Shown one piece after another: positions 16,736 through 26,163 of a DNA stretch of 32,000 bases. The position numbers and the translations under genes were made by a program. This DNA is from Salmonella phage STP-SP5: sequence record OR498732.1. One strand, written 5' to 3'. The first letter of the stretch is position 1. Each line of letters opens with the position of its first letter. The notes beneath the pieces are model-generated. The model saw only the letters and a program-made list of their open reading frames with translations, did no database searches and was not told the DNA's origin.

Positions 16736-17230
16736 TTAACTTTTCGCCCCTCTACCGGGCGTCCAGCTTGCTTGTAATGCGGGTTGCTCACAAATGACCC
16801 GGGAACCGGAAATAATACTGTTCTCCCGTTCAGCATTGTATTGGCAACGGGCAGGTTTCCATAAGCCTTCTTCCATTGACGGTACAACCGCCCCAGGCTG
16901 GAACGAGCAATAGCCTTGCACATCATATTCCAAACAGAACTCAGCTTGCCTTGCGACTTCGGTGTGATCCAGGATTGTCTCTGGAAGTTGCGTAAAGTAA
17001 TCAAACAAAATGCGCTCAACGGTTTCCCGGTCATATGGTGCTGCTCCTAAATTATCAGTCAGGTTAATATAAAGCATCTGGAGGTCTACGTCATCCAGTC
17101 CAGTAAGATCATTTAAAGGTGTTACCAGCGTAGACTCTGGACAACAAATAATCCCCAGCTCATGCAGTGCCATCCAATTAGGATGCTTTGCATAAACTTC
17201 AAACTTATCTGTATCAATTAGGATGTACAT
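16736..17230 (-). CDS. hypothetical protein
   Basis: 164 aa ORF in operon-like context. Confidence 0.75.
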   Translation of the reverse strand: MYILIDTDKFEVYAKHPNWMALHELGIICCPESTLVTPLNDLTGLDDVDLQMLYINLTDNLGAAPYDRETVERILFDYFTQLPETILDHTEVARQAEFCLEYDVQGYCSFQPGAVVPSMEEGLWKPARCQYNAERENSIISGSRVICEQPALQASWTPGRGAKS

Positions 17231-17289
17231 TACGTTCCCCTATAAATAAGTAATGCCCCAATAATAGGGGCATTAAGATTTGAAGTCAA

Positions 17290-19269
17290 TTAGAACGGGA
17301 CATAATTTGGATCGTCTACTTCAACAGGATTAACCACATTGTTCACCGTTATACCCTGAGTATTCTCCGCTACAATATCTTCCCAACTTACATCATCGTT
17401 GAAAGCTGGAGCAGGTGTTTCAGATACTCCGTCCTTCCCGTACACCTTCACTTCAATTTTATCATCTATTGCTTGCTCCATTGTACCGAAGCATGTCCCG
17501 TCATAGCAGTAATTCAGTATTTCAGGGAACTTCTTATTGGTATGGACTTTGATATATTTTGGCGTCTTAAGCATTGCAGCAACGTCCAACGCTTCATCTA
17601 TACAACTCGGTAGCGGTAAATGTGTGCGCTTCTTCCACCATGCCGCAGCTTTACGACCTGCCCAGTCCCCAGACATTAAACACACCCATTCATTAAAGAT
17701 CTTGCTGCCGCAATAATACGTCACCTTTAATGTGGGTGGCTTGGACGGATCAGCACGCTTCGTATGCTTAGCATAAGTTACGTGAGTAACTTTGAAGTCT
17801 TCAACAATAGGGATGTCCTGTTTAATCAAAGCTTCTGTACTTGCTGCTTTCTTCAGTTTAGTCTGGAACTTAAATTCGTTCCCGCAATACCCCTCTTTGA
17901 CGTATTCTGTTCCACGAAGCCTGAAACCTTTAAGATAAAGCTGGTGAACTTGCTCCTGTGTTACGGTGTCCATCGGGATTGGTGCAAAGCCCCCGCAGAA
18001 ACGAGCAGACGCGTGATTGTACGCACCACATGCAGGGCAGTCTTTAACCGGGGCAACACCTGCACCCTTTTCACCGGGGCGCTTGGGCTTAACAGGGTCG
18101 TTAATTGGTCCCAGGCGCCGCGTGTTACCGCTGAAGTCCAGTACCAGGCAGTTTTGCTTAGGGCTGGCAGCGATCGCTTGTAGGCGTCCTTCCTGCGTGG
18201 AAAGATCAAAACCCTCTGCATATACAGGGCGCGTCCCACGACCCAGCATCTGGACCCATAACACAGCCGATGCAGTAGGACGCAGCATAATGATCAGGTC
18301 TAACATCGGATGGTCAAAACCTGTGGTTAAGACGTTATTGTTCGTTAACGCACGCAACTCACCGCTTTTGAACTTTTCAATGATTTCGTCACGTTCTTTA
18401 GCGTCCAGCTTAGAATGGATACACCCGCAAGGTATACCCATATCATTCAACATACTTGCCGCGTCAATTGCGTGATCAATACCAGAACAGAATACAAGCC
18501 AACTTTGACGGTCTTCACCGACTTCAAGAGCTTCCTCTAATGCGCGTAATGTTGCATCGTCCCGGTTAACAGCGCTTTGCAGTTCGCTTTGAATAAACTC
18601 ACCGCCACGCTTACCCACACCATTAAGGTCCAGCTCCATCTTAGTGCGCTTCGGTACTACCGGGAGCAGGTAACCTTGATCCAGGAACCAGTTGAAAGCT
18701 TCAGGGGTAGTTGCATCGAAAGTAATCGTATCAAACAATGCGTCGTCGTCTTCTGCTTCCTTAACAATGGAACCGTATCCCAGGCGGTACGGTGTAGCAG
18801 TCAAACCGATAATCTTAAGATAAGGGTTAACTTCACGTAATGCCGTGAAGAACTTTTTATACATGGTTGCATCACGTGGACTGATCAAGTGCGCTTCGTC
18901 CACAAAGACCAGATCCACCTTTCCAAACTTTGCAGCATGTTTCGCAACGGATGCAACGCCCGCAAAAGTGATAAGGTTGTATATCTCTTTTCGTCCTAAC
19001 CCGGCGCTGTAAATACCCGCAGGTGCTTCCGGCCAAACCTTCATCAATTTGTCGTAGTTCTGCGCGATTAACTCTTTGACGTGAGTTAGCATCATTACGC
19101 GCTGGTTCGGATACCATTTATAAAGTAGATCGAGGAACCCAGCAATAACAAGAGACTTACCCGTCCCTGTTGGAAGAAGGATCAAAGGGTTCCCCGCGTT
19201 ACCCTTTTCTGCGTCGAAATAGCGGAATACGCTATAGACAGCTTCTTGTTGATAATCGCGGAGGCGCAT
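17290..19269 (-). CDS. superfamily 2 DEAD/DEAH-type helicase with zinc-finger and extra C-terminal domain
   Basis: LRDYQQEAV..., Walker A LLPTGTGKS, VDEAHLI, LTATPYR, TGFDHP, QMLGRGTRP; CPACGAYNHASARFCGG zinc-finger. Confidence 0.95.
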   Translation of the reverse strand: MRLRDYQQEAVYSVFRYFDAEKGNAGNPLILLPTGTGKSLVIAGFLDLLYKWYPNQRVMMLTHVKELIAQNYDKLMKVWPEAPAGIYSAGLGRKEIYNLITFAGVASVAKHAAKFGKVDLVFVDEAHLISPRDATMYKKFFTALREVNPYLKIIGLTATPYRLGYGSIVKEAEDDDALFDTITFDATTPEAFNWFLDQGYLLPVVPKRTKMELDLNGVGKRGGEFIQSELQSAVNRDDATLRALEEALEVGEDRQSWLVFCSGIDHAIDAASMLNDMGIPCGCIHSKLDAKERDEIIEKFKSGELRALTNNNVLTTGFDHPMLDLIIMLRPTASAVLWVQMLGRGTRPVYAEGFDLSTQEGRLQAIAASPKQNCLVLDFSGNTRRLGPINDPVKPKRPGEKGAGVAPVKDCPACGAYNHASARFCGGFAPIPMDTVTQEQVHQLYLKGFRLRGTEYVKEGYCGNEFKFQTKLKKAASTEALIKQDIPIVEDFKVTHVTYAKHTKRADPSKPPTLKVTYYCGSKIFNEWVCLMSGDWAGRKAAAWWKKRTHLPLPSCIDEALDVAAMLKTPKYIKVHTNKKFPEILNYCYDGTCFGTMEQAIDDKIEVKVYGKDGVSETPAPAFNDDVSWEDIVAENTQGITVNNVVNPVEVDDPNYVPF

Positions 19270-19271
19270 TG

Positions 19272-20180
19272 TTAATCTTTCCCGTAATAGTTAGCGACTT
19301 GATAATTCGGACATCCAGCTTTCTGACCTTGTGTGTCTACATGCACAGAATGGAAATTGCAATACCATGTCCCGTCATCTTTTGGTTCAAGATACTGGCA
19401 AGTCCGACAGTTGACTTCAGGCATAGTTTTACGCCAGCACAGGGAGGAGTGATCGCACCACTTGCATTCAAAGAAGGTTGAATCCTTCACTGCGCGGTCC
19501 GGGATGTCTGTAGCAAGTGCAATCAGCACACCGCGATCAATATACATGTCAGCGGTAACAGGGTCGAAAGGAATAATCTCAGCGTAAACTTCATCATCGT
19601 TCTTGTTTACCGCCAGATACAAAGCTGCTCCCAGACCCAGCTTGCGCATGTACACATTCATCTGGACATAGTGTTCAGGTTTTGATTCCTTGACACCTTT
19701 AGACTTCAGCTTCTTAAACGATTTGTCGTTATGGGTTTTCATTTCAGTCAACACGGGCATGTCTGGGGCAACGTCCGGACAACCTATAACCACACCGTCA
19801 CAGGAGCCACCAAAGTGTCCGCCAGCTTCACTAATTCGAAACTGATTACCTTCTGCGTCCTGTTGATATACTTTCATACCTGCTGCGAGCAGCATAGCAA
19901 TGAAACGAGCTTCTTCAAGGTGCCCGCGGTTGAATAAACGGAGCTGGCGACCGTCGAACTGTTTTGCAGTAGCCCAACGGTAACCGTAGAACAATTTACG
20001 CGCACAGTTTTGACCGATCAGGGAAGCGCCTAAGTGGCTGCGGTTACCGCTTTCAGGTCGATAAGCGTCGCCAATTGTGGGTATGACAATGCCCAGATAT
20101 TTACGATAAGTACCGCCTTGATCCTTTTGAACACCGTCATTGATTGCTTGAAGTGTTTTTTCTGCAATGTAAATAGCCAT
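19272..20180 (-). CDS. PD-(D/E)XK nuclease (Cas4/RecB-like)
   Basis: GGSCDGVVIG...VLTEMKTHNDKSFKKL...HYVQMNVYMRKLG core plus Cys-rich CKWCDHSSLCW / CRTCQYLEPK. Confidence 0.8.
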   Translation of the reverse strand: MAIYIAEKTLQAINDGVQKDQGGTYRKYLGIVIPTIGDAYRPESGNRSHLGASLIGQNCARKLFYGYRWATAKQFDGRQLRLFNRGHLEEARFIAMLLAAGMKVYQQDAEGNQFRISEAGGHFGGSCDGVVIGCPDVAPDMPVLTEMKTHNDKSFKKLKSKGVKESKPEHYVQMNVYMRKLGLGAALYLAVNKNDDEVYAEIIPFDPVTADMYIDRGVLIALATDIPDRAVKDSTFFECKWCDHSSLCWRKTMPEVNCRTCQYLEPKDDGTWYCNFHSVHVDTQGQKAGCPNYQVANYYGKD

Positions 20181-20187
20181 TGGAGTA

Positions 20188-20218
20188 CCTTAGAAAAATA
20201 GACCGTCTTGCGACGGCC
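20188..20218 (-). terminator. possible terminator/attenuator between DUF669-like gene and nuclease
   Basis: Minus strand GGCCGTC-GCAA-GACGGTC followed by TATTTTTC. Confidence 0.55.
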
Positions 20219-20245
20219 TATTGAGACTACATGGAAGGGTTTAAC

Positions 20246-21154
20246 TTACTGCTGCCACGGCGGGACTGCTGCCTGAGCCGGATGCGGTTCAGCTTGCTGC
20301 TGTGGAGCTGGCTGCCCCTGAGCAGGTGCTGCGGCTTGGCCAGGTTGCGCGGTCTGGGTTGCCCAGGGCTGCTGTACCTGCTGCTGTACCGGGGCTTGTT
20401 CCTGTACCGGGGCTTGCTGCTGCGTCTGCTGTACCGCTTGCTGCTGCGGTGCTGCGTTGTTAGCAGGGTTATCCCACGGCTGCTGAGCGCCAGCCCACGG
20501 CTGCGCGTTCTGCTGCGGCTGCTGTACCGGAGCCTGTTGCTGGACTGGAGCCTGTTGTTGAACCTGTTGCTGCGGGAACGGGTTCTGGGTCTGCTGCGGC
20601 GCTGCGTTCTGCTGTGGGAACGGAGCCTGTGCTGCTGGCTGCTGAGCACCCGGGAACGGGGCATTAGCTGCGCCAGGGAATGGGGCGCTTGCACCTGCAC
20701 CAGCTACCGGACCGCCTACCGCTGGAGCGGTCGCTTCTTTAACCGCGTATTTAACCGGATCGTTGACGTTCGCGTAACCGCTCGGTTCGTTGGTGTCATC
20801 ATAACCTTCCTGGCTACGGACTTTCAGTCGCAGGTTCAGAGGAATATTATGCAGTTCTGCTGGCTGCTGCCAACGAATTACGCCAACCGCGTGGGACAGT
20901 GCGCCCAGTTGCTCGTATGCAATGCGAACGGTATCATCGTTCTGGTTGATAACGTTGTAACGACCGAAGATTTTACGACCTTTAGCAAAACCGTCAATGA
21001 TGCTGAAAGTCAGGTTAATCGCCATGCCGCCGGAAGCAGTTGCTTTAAACTCAGAAGCTTCAATGATAGCTTTGTACCAGCCTTTCGGCAGAGCACCGTA
21101 AGAAGGCGCTTGATAGTTGCTCGCGTCAAAACCTTGGAATTGTGGCATGTTCAT
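20246..21154 (-). CDS. DUF669-like (ssDNA-binding-like) protein with Q/P-rich disordered tail
   Basis: N-terminal LPKGWYKAIIEASEFKATASGGMAINLTFSIIDGFAKGRKIFGRYNVIN; C-terminal ~140 aa of QQAPVQQ/PFPQQ-type repeats. Confidence 0.8.
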   Translation of the reverse strand: MNMPQFQGFDASNYQAPSYGALPKGWYKAIIEASEFKATASGGMAINLTFSIIDGFAKGRKIFGRYNVINQNDDTVRIAYEQLGALSHAVGVIRWQQPAELHNIPLNLRLKVRSQEGYDDTNEPSGYANVNDPVKYAVKEATAPAVGGPVAGAGASAPFPGAANAPFPGAQQPAAQAPFPQQNAAPQQTQNPFPQQQVQQQAPVQQQAPVQQPQQNAQPWAGAQQPWDNPANNAAPQQQAVQQTQQQAPVQEQAPVQQQVQQPWATQTAQPGQAAAPAQGQPAPQQQAEPHPAQAAVPPWQQ

Positions 21155-21156
21155 TA

Positions 21157-21882
21157 TTAATTACCTTTCATCTTGTTGATAACAAAACCTAAATGTGGAA
21201 CTTCTACCGCGTCCAGACGTCCCGAACGATCCTTAGCGATTGTATTAAAGTCCGGTTGAGTTTGCAAGTAGCGATACATCTGCCCCTGCTGATCCTTATT
21301 TACGTTCAGACGGAAAACTTCGTCGAAGAAATAAGGTAACATTTGACCCAGCTTAGAACCAGGCATAGATGGAGCATACGCGGTAACACCGGAGACTTCA
21401 TCTTTGTCTTTACCCATTTTAGCAGACATATAGACATGTTTGCCAGGGATATCGCGAAACTTGCGGATCAGATCCTGCATCTTTTCGAGAAGCGTACCAT
21501 ACGCCTGACGAGGGTCTTTAGTTCCTTTCTTCGCGTTGTTTAAGCATTGTTCAGCAATTTCGCTTAAGCTGTCAAGCGCGATAGATTGAAAATACTGCTG
21601 GTTAGCGGGAGCAATACACCACTGATAAGCAGCTTCAACGTCTTCCAGGCATTTAACTTCAATAACCGGGATATCGTCAACGATCGGCAAATTCATCGGA
21701 CCGTATACACGTTGCAAGTTCTCTTTTGCAATGGACAACAGACCGGATTCCGCACTGATCAAAATGGGCTGCGGCAATGTGGCTACAAGGCTGGTTTTAC
21801 CCATACCTGCTTCACCGTAGACAAGGATCTTGACACCAGTATCCTGAACTACCTGTGAAGACATTTTAATTTCGATGGTCAT
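21157..21882 (-). CDS. Sak4-like RecA-fold ATPase
   Basis: VKILVYGEAGMGKTSLVATLPQPILISAESGLLSI...IALDSLSEIAE...HVYMSAKM; next to nuclease and DUF669-like genes. Confidence 0.85.
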   Translation of the reverse strand: MTIEIKMSSQVVQDTGVKILVYGEAGMGKTSLVATLPQPILISAESGLLSIAKENLQRVYGPMNLPIVDDIPVIEVKCLEDVEAAYQWCIAPANQQYFQSIALDSLSEIAEQCLNNAKKGTKDPRQAYGTLLEKMQDLIRKFRDIPGKHVYMSAKMGKDKDEVSGVTAYAPSMPGSKLGQMLPYFFDEVFRLNVNKDQQGQMYRYLQTQPDFNTIAKDRSGRLDAVEVPHLGFVINKMKGN

Positions 21883-21947
21883 TTAATGCCTCTCGTTTAA
21901 GTTTGTGCTCATTGTAACGTGATATACTCTGAACGCTCAACTGTTTT

Positions 21948-22865
21948 TTAATCTAACGCTTGATCAGCTTCATCTCGGAAGTGCATGAAGTTGGCAAAAC
22001 GCGGCTTGTCTTTCACGCCATGCGGGAAATGCTTATAACTAATTGTACGACCTTTAATCTTATCCTGATTGTTCCAGAAAAAGATCTTATCGTCCTGCGT
22101 CATCTTGCCCGGGCTAACGTTAATGGTATTACCCGTCTTGACATCCCGGCAGACCAACGTCCCGACCATACCGTTAGGCACTTTGTTCTCTTGATGCGAA
22201 GAACGTACCGTTCGGCCCAGCTCGTTAGTTGTAGCTTCATTCAGATTAGTTTCACCTTCAATAACATCAAGGACAACTGCATCTTCCTGAATGAAACGCT
22301 TAATGCGAAGGTATGCACCTTCACGAACTGTACTACGACCATTTTTATAGGGCTTTTTTGGGTCACGGATAATAATACCCTCATAACCCATTTCAAGCCA
22401 AACGTTTTCCCAGTAGAGCAACTCTTCAAGCGTCTTAACCACATGCATCGGTACAACTTTCAGGTCGAGTAACTCACCGTTCGCGTGTTGCGTGGTGATA
22501 AACTCTTTCATCATGTTGTATCGCGCTTCGTAGCCCATATGAGCAACGCTTTCCGCGCACAGGTCGAAGATGTGCCACTTCAGGAGTGGTTCACCTTCAA
22601 TTGTATTCACCGCGCTGGTCGTTTTACGGCACAGGTCTGGATCGGTTTCTACCCCTGCCGCCAGTTCACCATCATACCCGTTATACTGGGGACCGCTGAA
22701 AATAGCGTCTGTATGGCGGTTTTTAAAGCGTTTTAAGCTTCGCCCTACTAATTGCCCGTCCGGGTTTAAGCCACGTACACCGTCTATCTTTGGTAAGATA
22801 CAACACGGGAAAGGTATCTTTTCCTCAATAGCATCTGTCGCCAAATGTGGTTTAAAAATACTCAT
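21948..22865 (-). CDS. ATP-dependent DNA ligase
   Basis: PKIDGVRGL nucleotidyl-transfer motif, YNGYDGEL, GYEGIIIRDP, YLRIKRF. Confidence 0.92.
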   Translation of the reverse strand: MSIFKPHLATDAIEEKIPFPCCILPKIDGVRGLNPDGQLVGRSLKRFKNRHTDAIFSGPQYNGYDGELAAGVETDPDLCRKTTSAVNTIEGEPLLKWHIFDLCAESVAHMGYEARYNMMKEFITTQHANGELLDLKVVPMHVVKTLEELLYWENVWLEMGYEGIIIRDPKKPYKNGRSTVREGAYLRIKRFIQEDAVVLDVIEGETNLNEATTNELGRTVRSSHQENKVPNGMVGTLVCRDVKTGNTINVSPGKMTQDDKIFFWNNQDKIKGRTISYKHFPHGVKDKPRFANFMHFRDEADQALD

Positions 22866-23401
22866 ATAGGTCTTTCACTCCCATGTTTAGGATTAAAATT
22901 ATATTCACGTTCTGCTTGTTTACGGACGCGAACAGCCTCTTCGAATGTATCATAGTTTCCAAGATGAATTCTTTGTCCTTTATTATTTATGCGTACTTGC
23001 CACTTTTGATAACGTTTATGAAAACTAACCCCAGTAACCCCACTTGTATTATCTTTACGTCTTTTATGATTACAAGCATTAATAAATTTATTAGATTTGT
23101 TTAAATTGATTAATCGGTTGTCTAGTCCATTCCCATTATCGTGATCAATTTGATCAGGTTCTTCATTATAAAGCATCTTCCAAATAATGCGATGTGCCAA
23201 ATATACATTTTGATCTATTTCTATAGAAATATACTTCTTACCCGAGTTGGTCTTCAAAATATAACCAGCTATACATCCTTCATATTGTTTAGTACGTGCA
23301 TTAAAACGTTGGTTCCAAGTAAGAACACCAGTTTCAGAGCAATATGTGAGGATTTTCTGTAAGTATTTCTGATCTGGTAATGGTTTTGGTTTGAAAGTCA
23401 T
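22862..23401 (-). CDS. HNH-AP2 endonuclease (copy 1)
   Basis: AHRIIWKMLYNEEPDQIDHDNGNGLDNRLINL HNH and TGVSFHKRYQKWQVRINNKGQRIHLGNYDTFEEAVRVRKQAE AP2. Confidence 0.93.
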   Translation of the reverse strand: MTFKPKPLPDQKYLQKILTYCSETGVLTWNQRFNARTKQYEGCIAGYILKTNSGKKYISIEIDQNVYLAHRIIWKMLYNEEPDQIDHDNGNGLDNRLINLNKSNKFINACNHKRRKDNTSGVTGVSFHKRYQKWQVRINNKGQRIHLGNYDTFEEAVRVRKQAEREYNFNPKHGSERPI

Positions 23402-23402
23402 A

Positions 23403-24041
23403 CTACAACCTCATCCAAGTTTGATAGTCAGCTTCAGTCAAATGTTCGTCATGCTGCCTTTTAGCAACGCGTCGAACAGCATTAGCTTTATTATGCAGTT
23501 TTTGCTTATGCTTATCAGACATCTTTTCCGTTGTGACAGGTTTTAAACTGCGTTTAGCTCTATCAGCATTGATCATTTCTTTGCATTTCTGCAAACGGAT
23601 CTTACTTCTTTCCAGTCTCATAGCAGAACGCGCACGTTCATCACAAAACCTCTGAGCTTTACTTCGAGTATCCTGCACATTGCTATGACCTTTGATATGG
23701 CGGAACTCAATAGTAAGATTATACTTACGCAATTGATCATTCAACCATTTGAAAGCGCTACCTTCTGCTTCACTGGTCCAACGAGCTTCCTCATATACTT
23801 TAATCGCAGTCGCGCAATCAGTCTGAACAATAAGATGGTCTTTAGCACGTATAATGTCAGCAGTTAAACCTTCCCAGATAACATTGCAGATAGCCATTGT
23901 CTCCGCTGCTCCGCTATTCGGCGCACCACGTAAAGGTCCACCATTTGCATTGTTACCGCGATCACAGACAACCCAACCTCCATATCCGGCAGCTTTTGTA
24001 TTTGGACAGAAGCTTGCATCTGATACAATTGTTACTCGCAT
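23403..24041 (-). CDS. ribonuclease HI-like protein
   Basis: VSDASFCPNTKAAGYGGWVV...GAAETMAI...VQTDCATAI...FRHIKGHSN...CDERARSAM. Confidence 0.88.
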   Translation of the reverse strand: MRVTIVSDASFCPNTKAAGYGGWVVCDRGNNANGGPLRGAPNSGAAETMAICNVIWEGLTADIIRAKDHLIVQTDCATAIKVYEEARWTSEAEGSAFKWLNDQLRKYNLTIEFRHIKGHSNVQDTRSKAQRFCDERARSAMRLERSKIRLQKCKEMINADRAKRSLKPVTTEKMSDKHKQKLHNKANAVRRVAKRQHDEHLTEADYQTWMRL

Positions 24042-24055
24042 ATTTACTCCTGTTA

Positions 24056-24078
24056 AAAAGGGGTCTTTTGACCCCTAG
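24056..24078 (-). terminator. intrinsic terminator
   Basis: Minus strand AGGGGTC-AAAA-GACCCCT followed by TTTTAACA. Confidence 0.75.
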
Positions 24079-24088
24079 TTTACATTGA

Positions 24089-24874
24089 TCAGAAAGAACT
24101 CGCCTTAAAATCTTCCAAAGTGAAGTTCTTACGTTTGAAACGGTCGAACATCATTTTAGCTCTGCGAACCGCTTCTTTATCCTCTAAACCACCAACCATA
24201 AAATCACGCCAGGTTATCCCATTATAATTGTGCAAACCTGCGATATATTTATTATAACGACTCGCCCAGTCGATTCTGTGTTCGTCCATTACCAACTTAA
24301 CACCTTCCTCAGCACCTTCTGCCGCAGCTTGTTTTAAACGAGTCGCTAATTCTTCTTCAGCTTCTCCGTTGGTATGGATAACAGTCTGACCATTTACAGA
24401 GTTTACAGATGGAGACAGCATACCTCCGGTGAGCAGTTCGATAACGTCCATCAGTGATGCAGTTTGTACCTTTCCCTGAGCAATAGATGCTAGATAACCG
24501 ACGTTCTCCTCACCGTACTGCTCAACCAACTCAGATTTAACTTTATCGACCTCTGTTTTAGCAGACAGAGCCAGCATCTGCTGTTCAAACATTGCTTCCT
24601 GATCCAGGAAATTTTCGTAGCGCTCTTCGTCAACTTTGCAGACGATCCATTTGTATTCTACATCTTTACTGAAGTCAGGATATCGATCAACTTCCACAAC
24701 TTCGGTTGTGAAGAACTTATCACGATACCGGATTACAACAGTGTCTCCCGCTTGAAGACAGTCACTTTCCAAAGCACGGTATGTATACAGACGTCCGCCA
24801 GCTTCAAACTTAACCTTGATTGTTACAACACCTTTCAATAATGCATGATAAGCTTTCTGAAATTCTTTACGCAT
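24089..24874 (-). CDS. hypothetical protein
   Basis: 261 aa ORF between RNase H and the 24921..25370 gene. Confidence 0.85.
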   Translation of the reverse strand: MRKEFQKAYHALLKGVVTIKVKFEAGGRLYTYRALESDCLQAGDTVVIRYRDKFFTTEVVEVDRYPDFSKDVEYKWIVCKVDEERYENFLDQEAMFEQQMLALSAKTEVDKVKSELVEQYGEENVGYLASIAQGKVQTASLMDVIELLTGGMLSPSVNSVNGQTVIHTNGEAEEELATRLKQAAAEGAEEGVKLVMDEHRIDWASRYNKYIAGLHNYNGITWRDFMVGGLEDKEAVRRAKMMFDRFKRKNFTLEDFKASSF

Positions 24875-24920
24875 GATATTATTCCTTGAATATAGGCGGA
24901 GTTACCGCCCATTAATGTGG

Positions 24921-25337
24921 TTATTTATTTGGTACTATTTCCAGCGAAGCAGATCCAACTTTTGATTCTACACACTGATTAAATATTGCTGCTTGTTCGG
25001 CGTTTAATTTACGCCAGTTGGCAACTTTGAGCGTCGGCTTGTTTTCCACAATTTGGTCAACATCAACACCAACTTTTATAAGATCCCCAAGGATACCGTT
25101 CAGACTTGGTAAATCAATTTTACGATCAATCTTATGAGTCATTTTCATGACCGCGCCAGTTATCTCAACTTTGTTAGTTCCTTCAGTTGGTGCAGGAAAA
25201 TAAGACTTAATAATCTTTTCGCGCAAAAGACGTTCTTTAGCCTGGATTTTTTGAAGCTGCGCTTTGGTGTTATACCACTCAATGACATCTGCTTCAGTTG
25301 CTTGAGTCGCTTTGTTTGCATCAAACATCTTGTAACC
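24921..25337 (-). CDS. hypothetical protein
   Basis: ORF 24921..25370; MFDANKATQATEADVIEWYN start preferred. Confidence 0.7.
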   Translation of the reverse strand, partial: GYKMFDANKATQATEADVIEWYNTKAQLQKIQAKERLLREKIIKSYFPAPTEGTNKVEITGAVMKMTHKIDRKIDLPSLNGILGDLIKVGVDVDQIVENKPTLKVANWRKLNAEQAAIFNQCVESKVGSASLEIVPNK

Positions 25338-25389
25338 CTCTGTTGTTTCGATGTATGTATAATAACACATCCGTATAGCAGGGCAAGAA

Positions 25390-25560
25390 TTAATTTATAT
25401 CAGTTAATCTCTTTAAACGGATTAGTAATCTAGCAACCTTCCTCCATTCAATATCATCCATAAATGGCGTAGGTTTATAAGCTTCAGGTATAGGACAAGG
25501 TGTATAAGGTGTCATATCTGTTGCTTCTTGCTTGTACAACTTCTTCTTCCGTTTACCCAT
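25390..25560 (-). CDS. small basic hypothetical protein not in the supplied ORF track
   Basis: MGKRKKKLYKQEATDMTPYTPCPIPEAYKPTPFMDDIEWRKVARLLIRLKRLTDIN read from minus strand; fills the gap between dUTPase and the 24921 gene. Confidence 0.6.
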   Translation of the reverse strand: MGKRKKKLYKQEATDMTPYTPCPIPEAYKPTPFMDDIEWRKVARLLIRLKRLTDIN

Positions 25561-25567
25561 AACTGAC

Positions 25568-26158
25568 CTATTTTAAGTGACGAGAAGTCATGATCGGATG
25601 TGTAGCAGCTTCTTCTTCAGGCGTAACCACATTGGTTGCAGGTATAAAGTTATTGGACTGCACATCGCTAACCTTCCACCCTTTACCGTTACCTATTTTA
25701 AGTTCACCCGTACCAGTAGAACCGAAGCCTTTTTCACCGCGCTCAGTTACTTTGAGTTCTGTTACTTCCTGGATGTTAACGCTTGGCACTGGAATCAGCA
25801 TGGCTTGAGCAATACGGTCACCGTGCGTTACTGTAAAACTATGATCCCCGTCGATGGTAAGTTTCACTTTCACCTCCCCGGTGTAATCGCTGTCAATAAT
25901 GCCAACGCAATTGGCTAGACGAACACTATCCTTGAAACCATGCCCACTACGTGAATACACAATCATTGTATAGCCCTCTGGGATCTCAAACTTCAACCCT
26001 GTGCGAAATATTTCCTCACCAGTGAAAATAGTTTGTTCACAACCGTCTTCACACTTCAGGTCAGCATGGAGATCAAAACAGGCTGCACCTTTACTACCAA
26101 AGACAGGAAGGATTGATGTACCAGTTACACGTTTTACTTTTAAGTCGATCATTTTCAT
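25568..26158 (-). CDS. dut: dUTPase with C-terminal extension
   Basis: GSKGAACFDLHAD, YSRSGHGFK, GIIDSDYTGEVKVKL, GDRIAQAML, ERGEKGFGSTGTG; about 44 residues follow motif 5. Confidence 0.93.
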   Translation of the reverse strand: MKMIDLKVKRVTGTSILPVFGSKGAACFDLHADLKCEDGCEQTIFTGEEIFRTGLKFEIPEGYTMIVYSRSGHGFKDSVRLANCVGIIDSDYTGEVKVKLTIDGDHSFTVTHGDRIAQAMLIPVPSVNIQEVTELKVTERGEKGFGSTGTGELKIGNGKGWKVSDVQSNNFIPATNVVTPEEEAATHPIMTSRHLK

Positions 26159-26163
26159 TCACC

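Noticed and set aside
20231-21160. 309-aa + strand ORF (Leu/Arg-rich) opposite the DUF669-like gene
   Set aside because: Antisense shadow of the Q/P-rich repeat (CAG/CTG codons give Leu runs on the other strand); the minus strand ORF has recognisable domain features and operon context.
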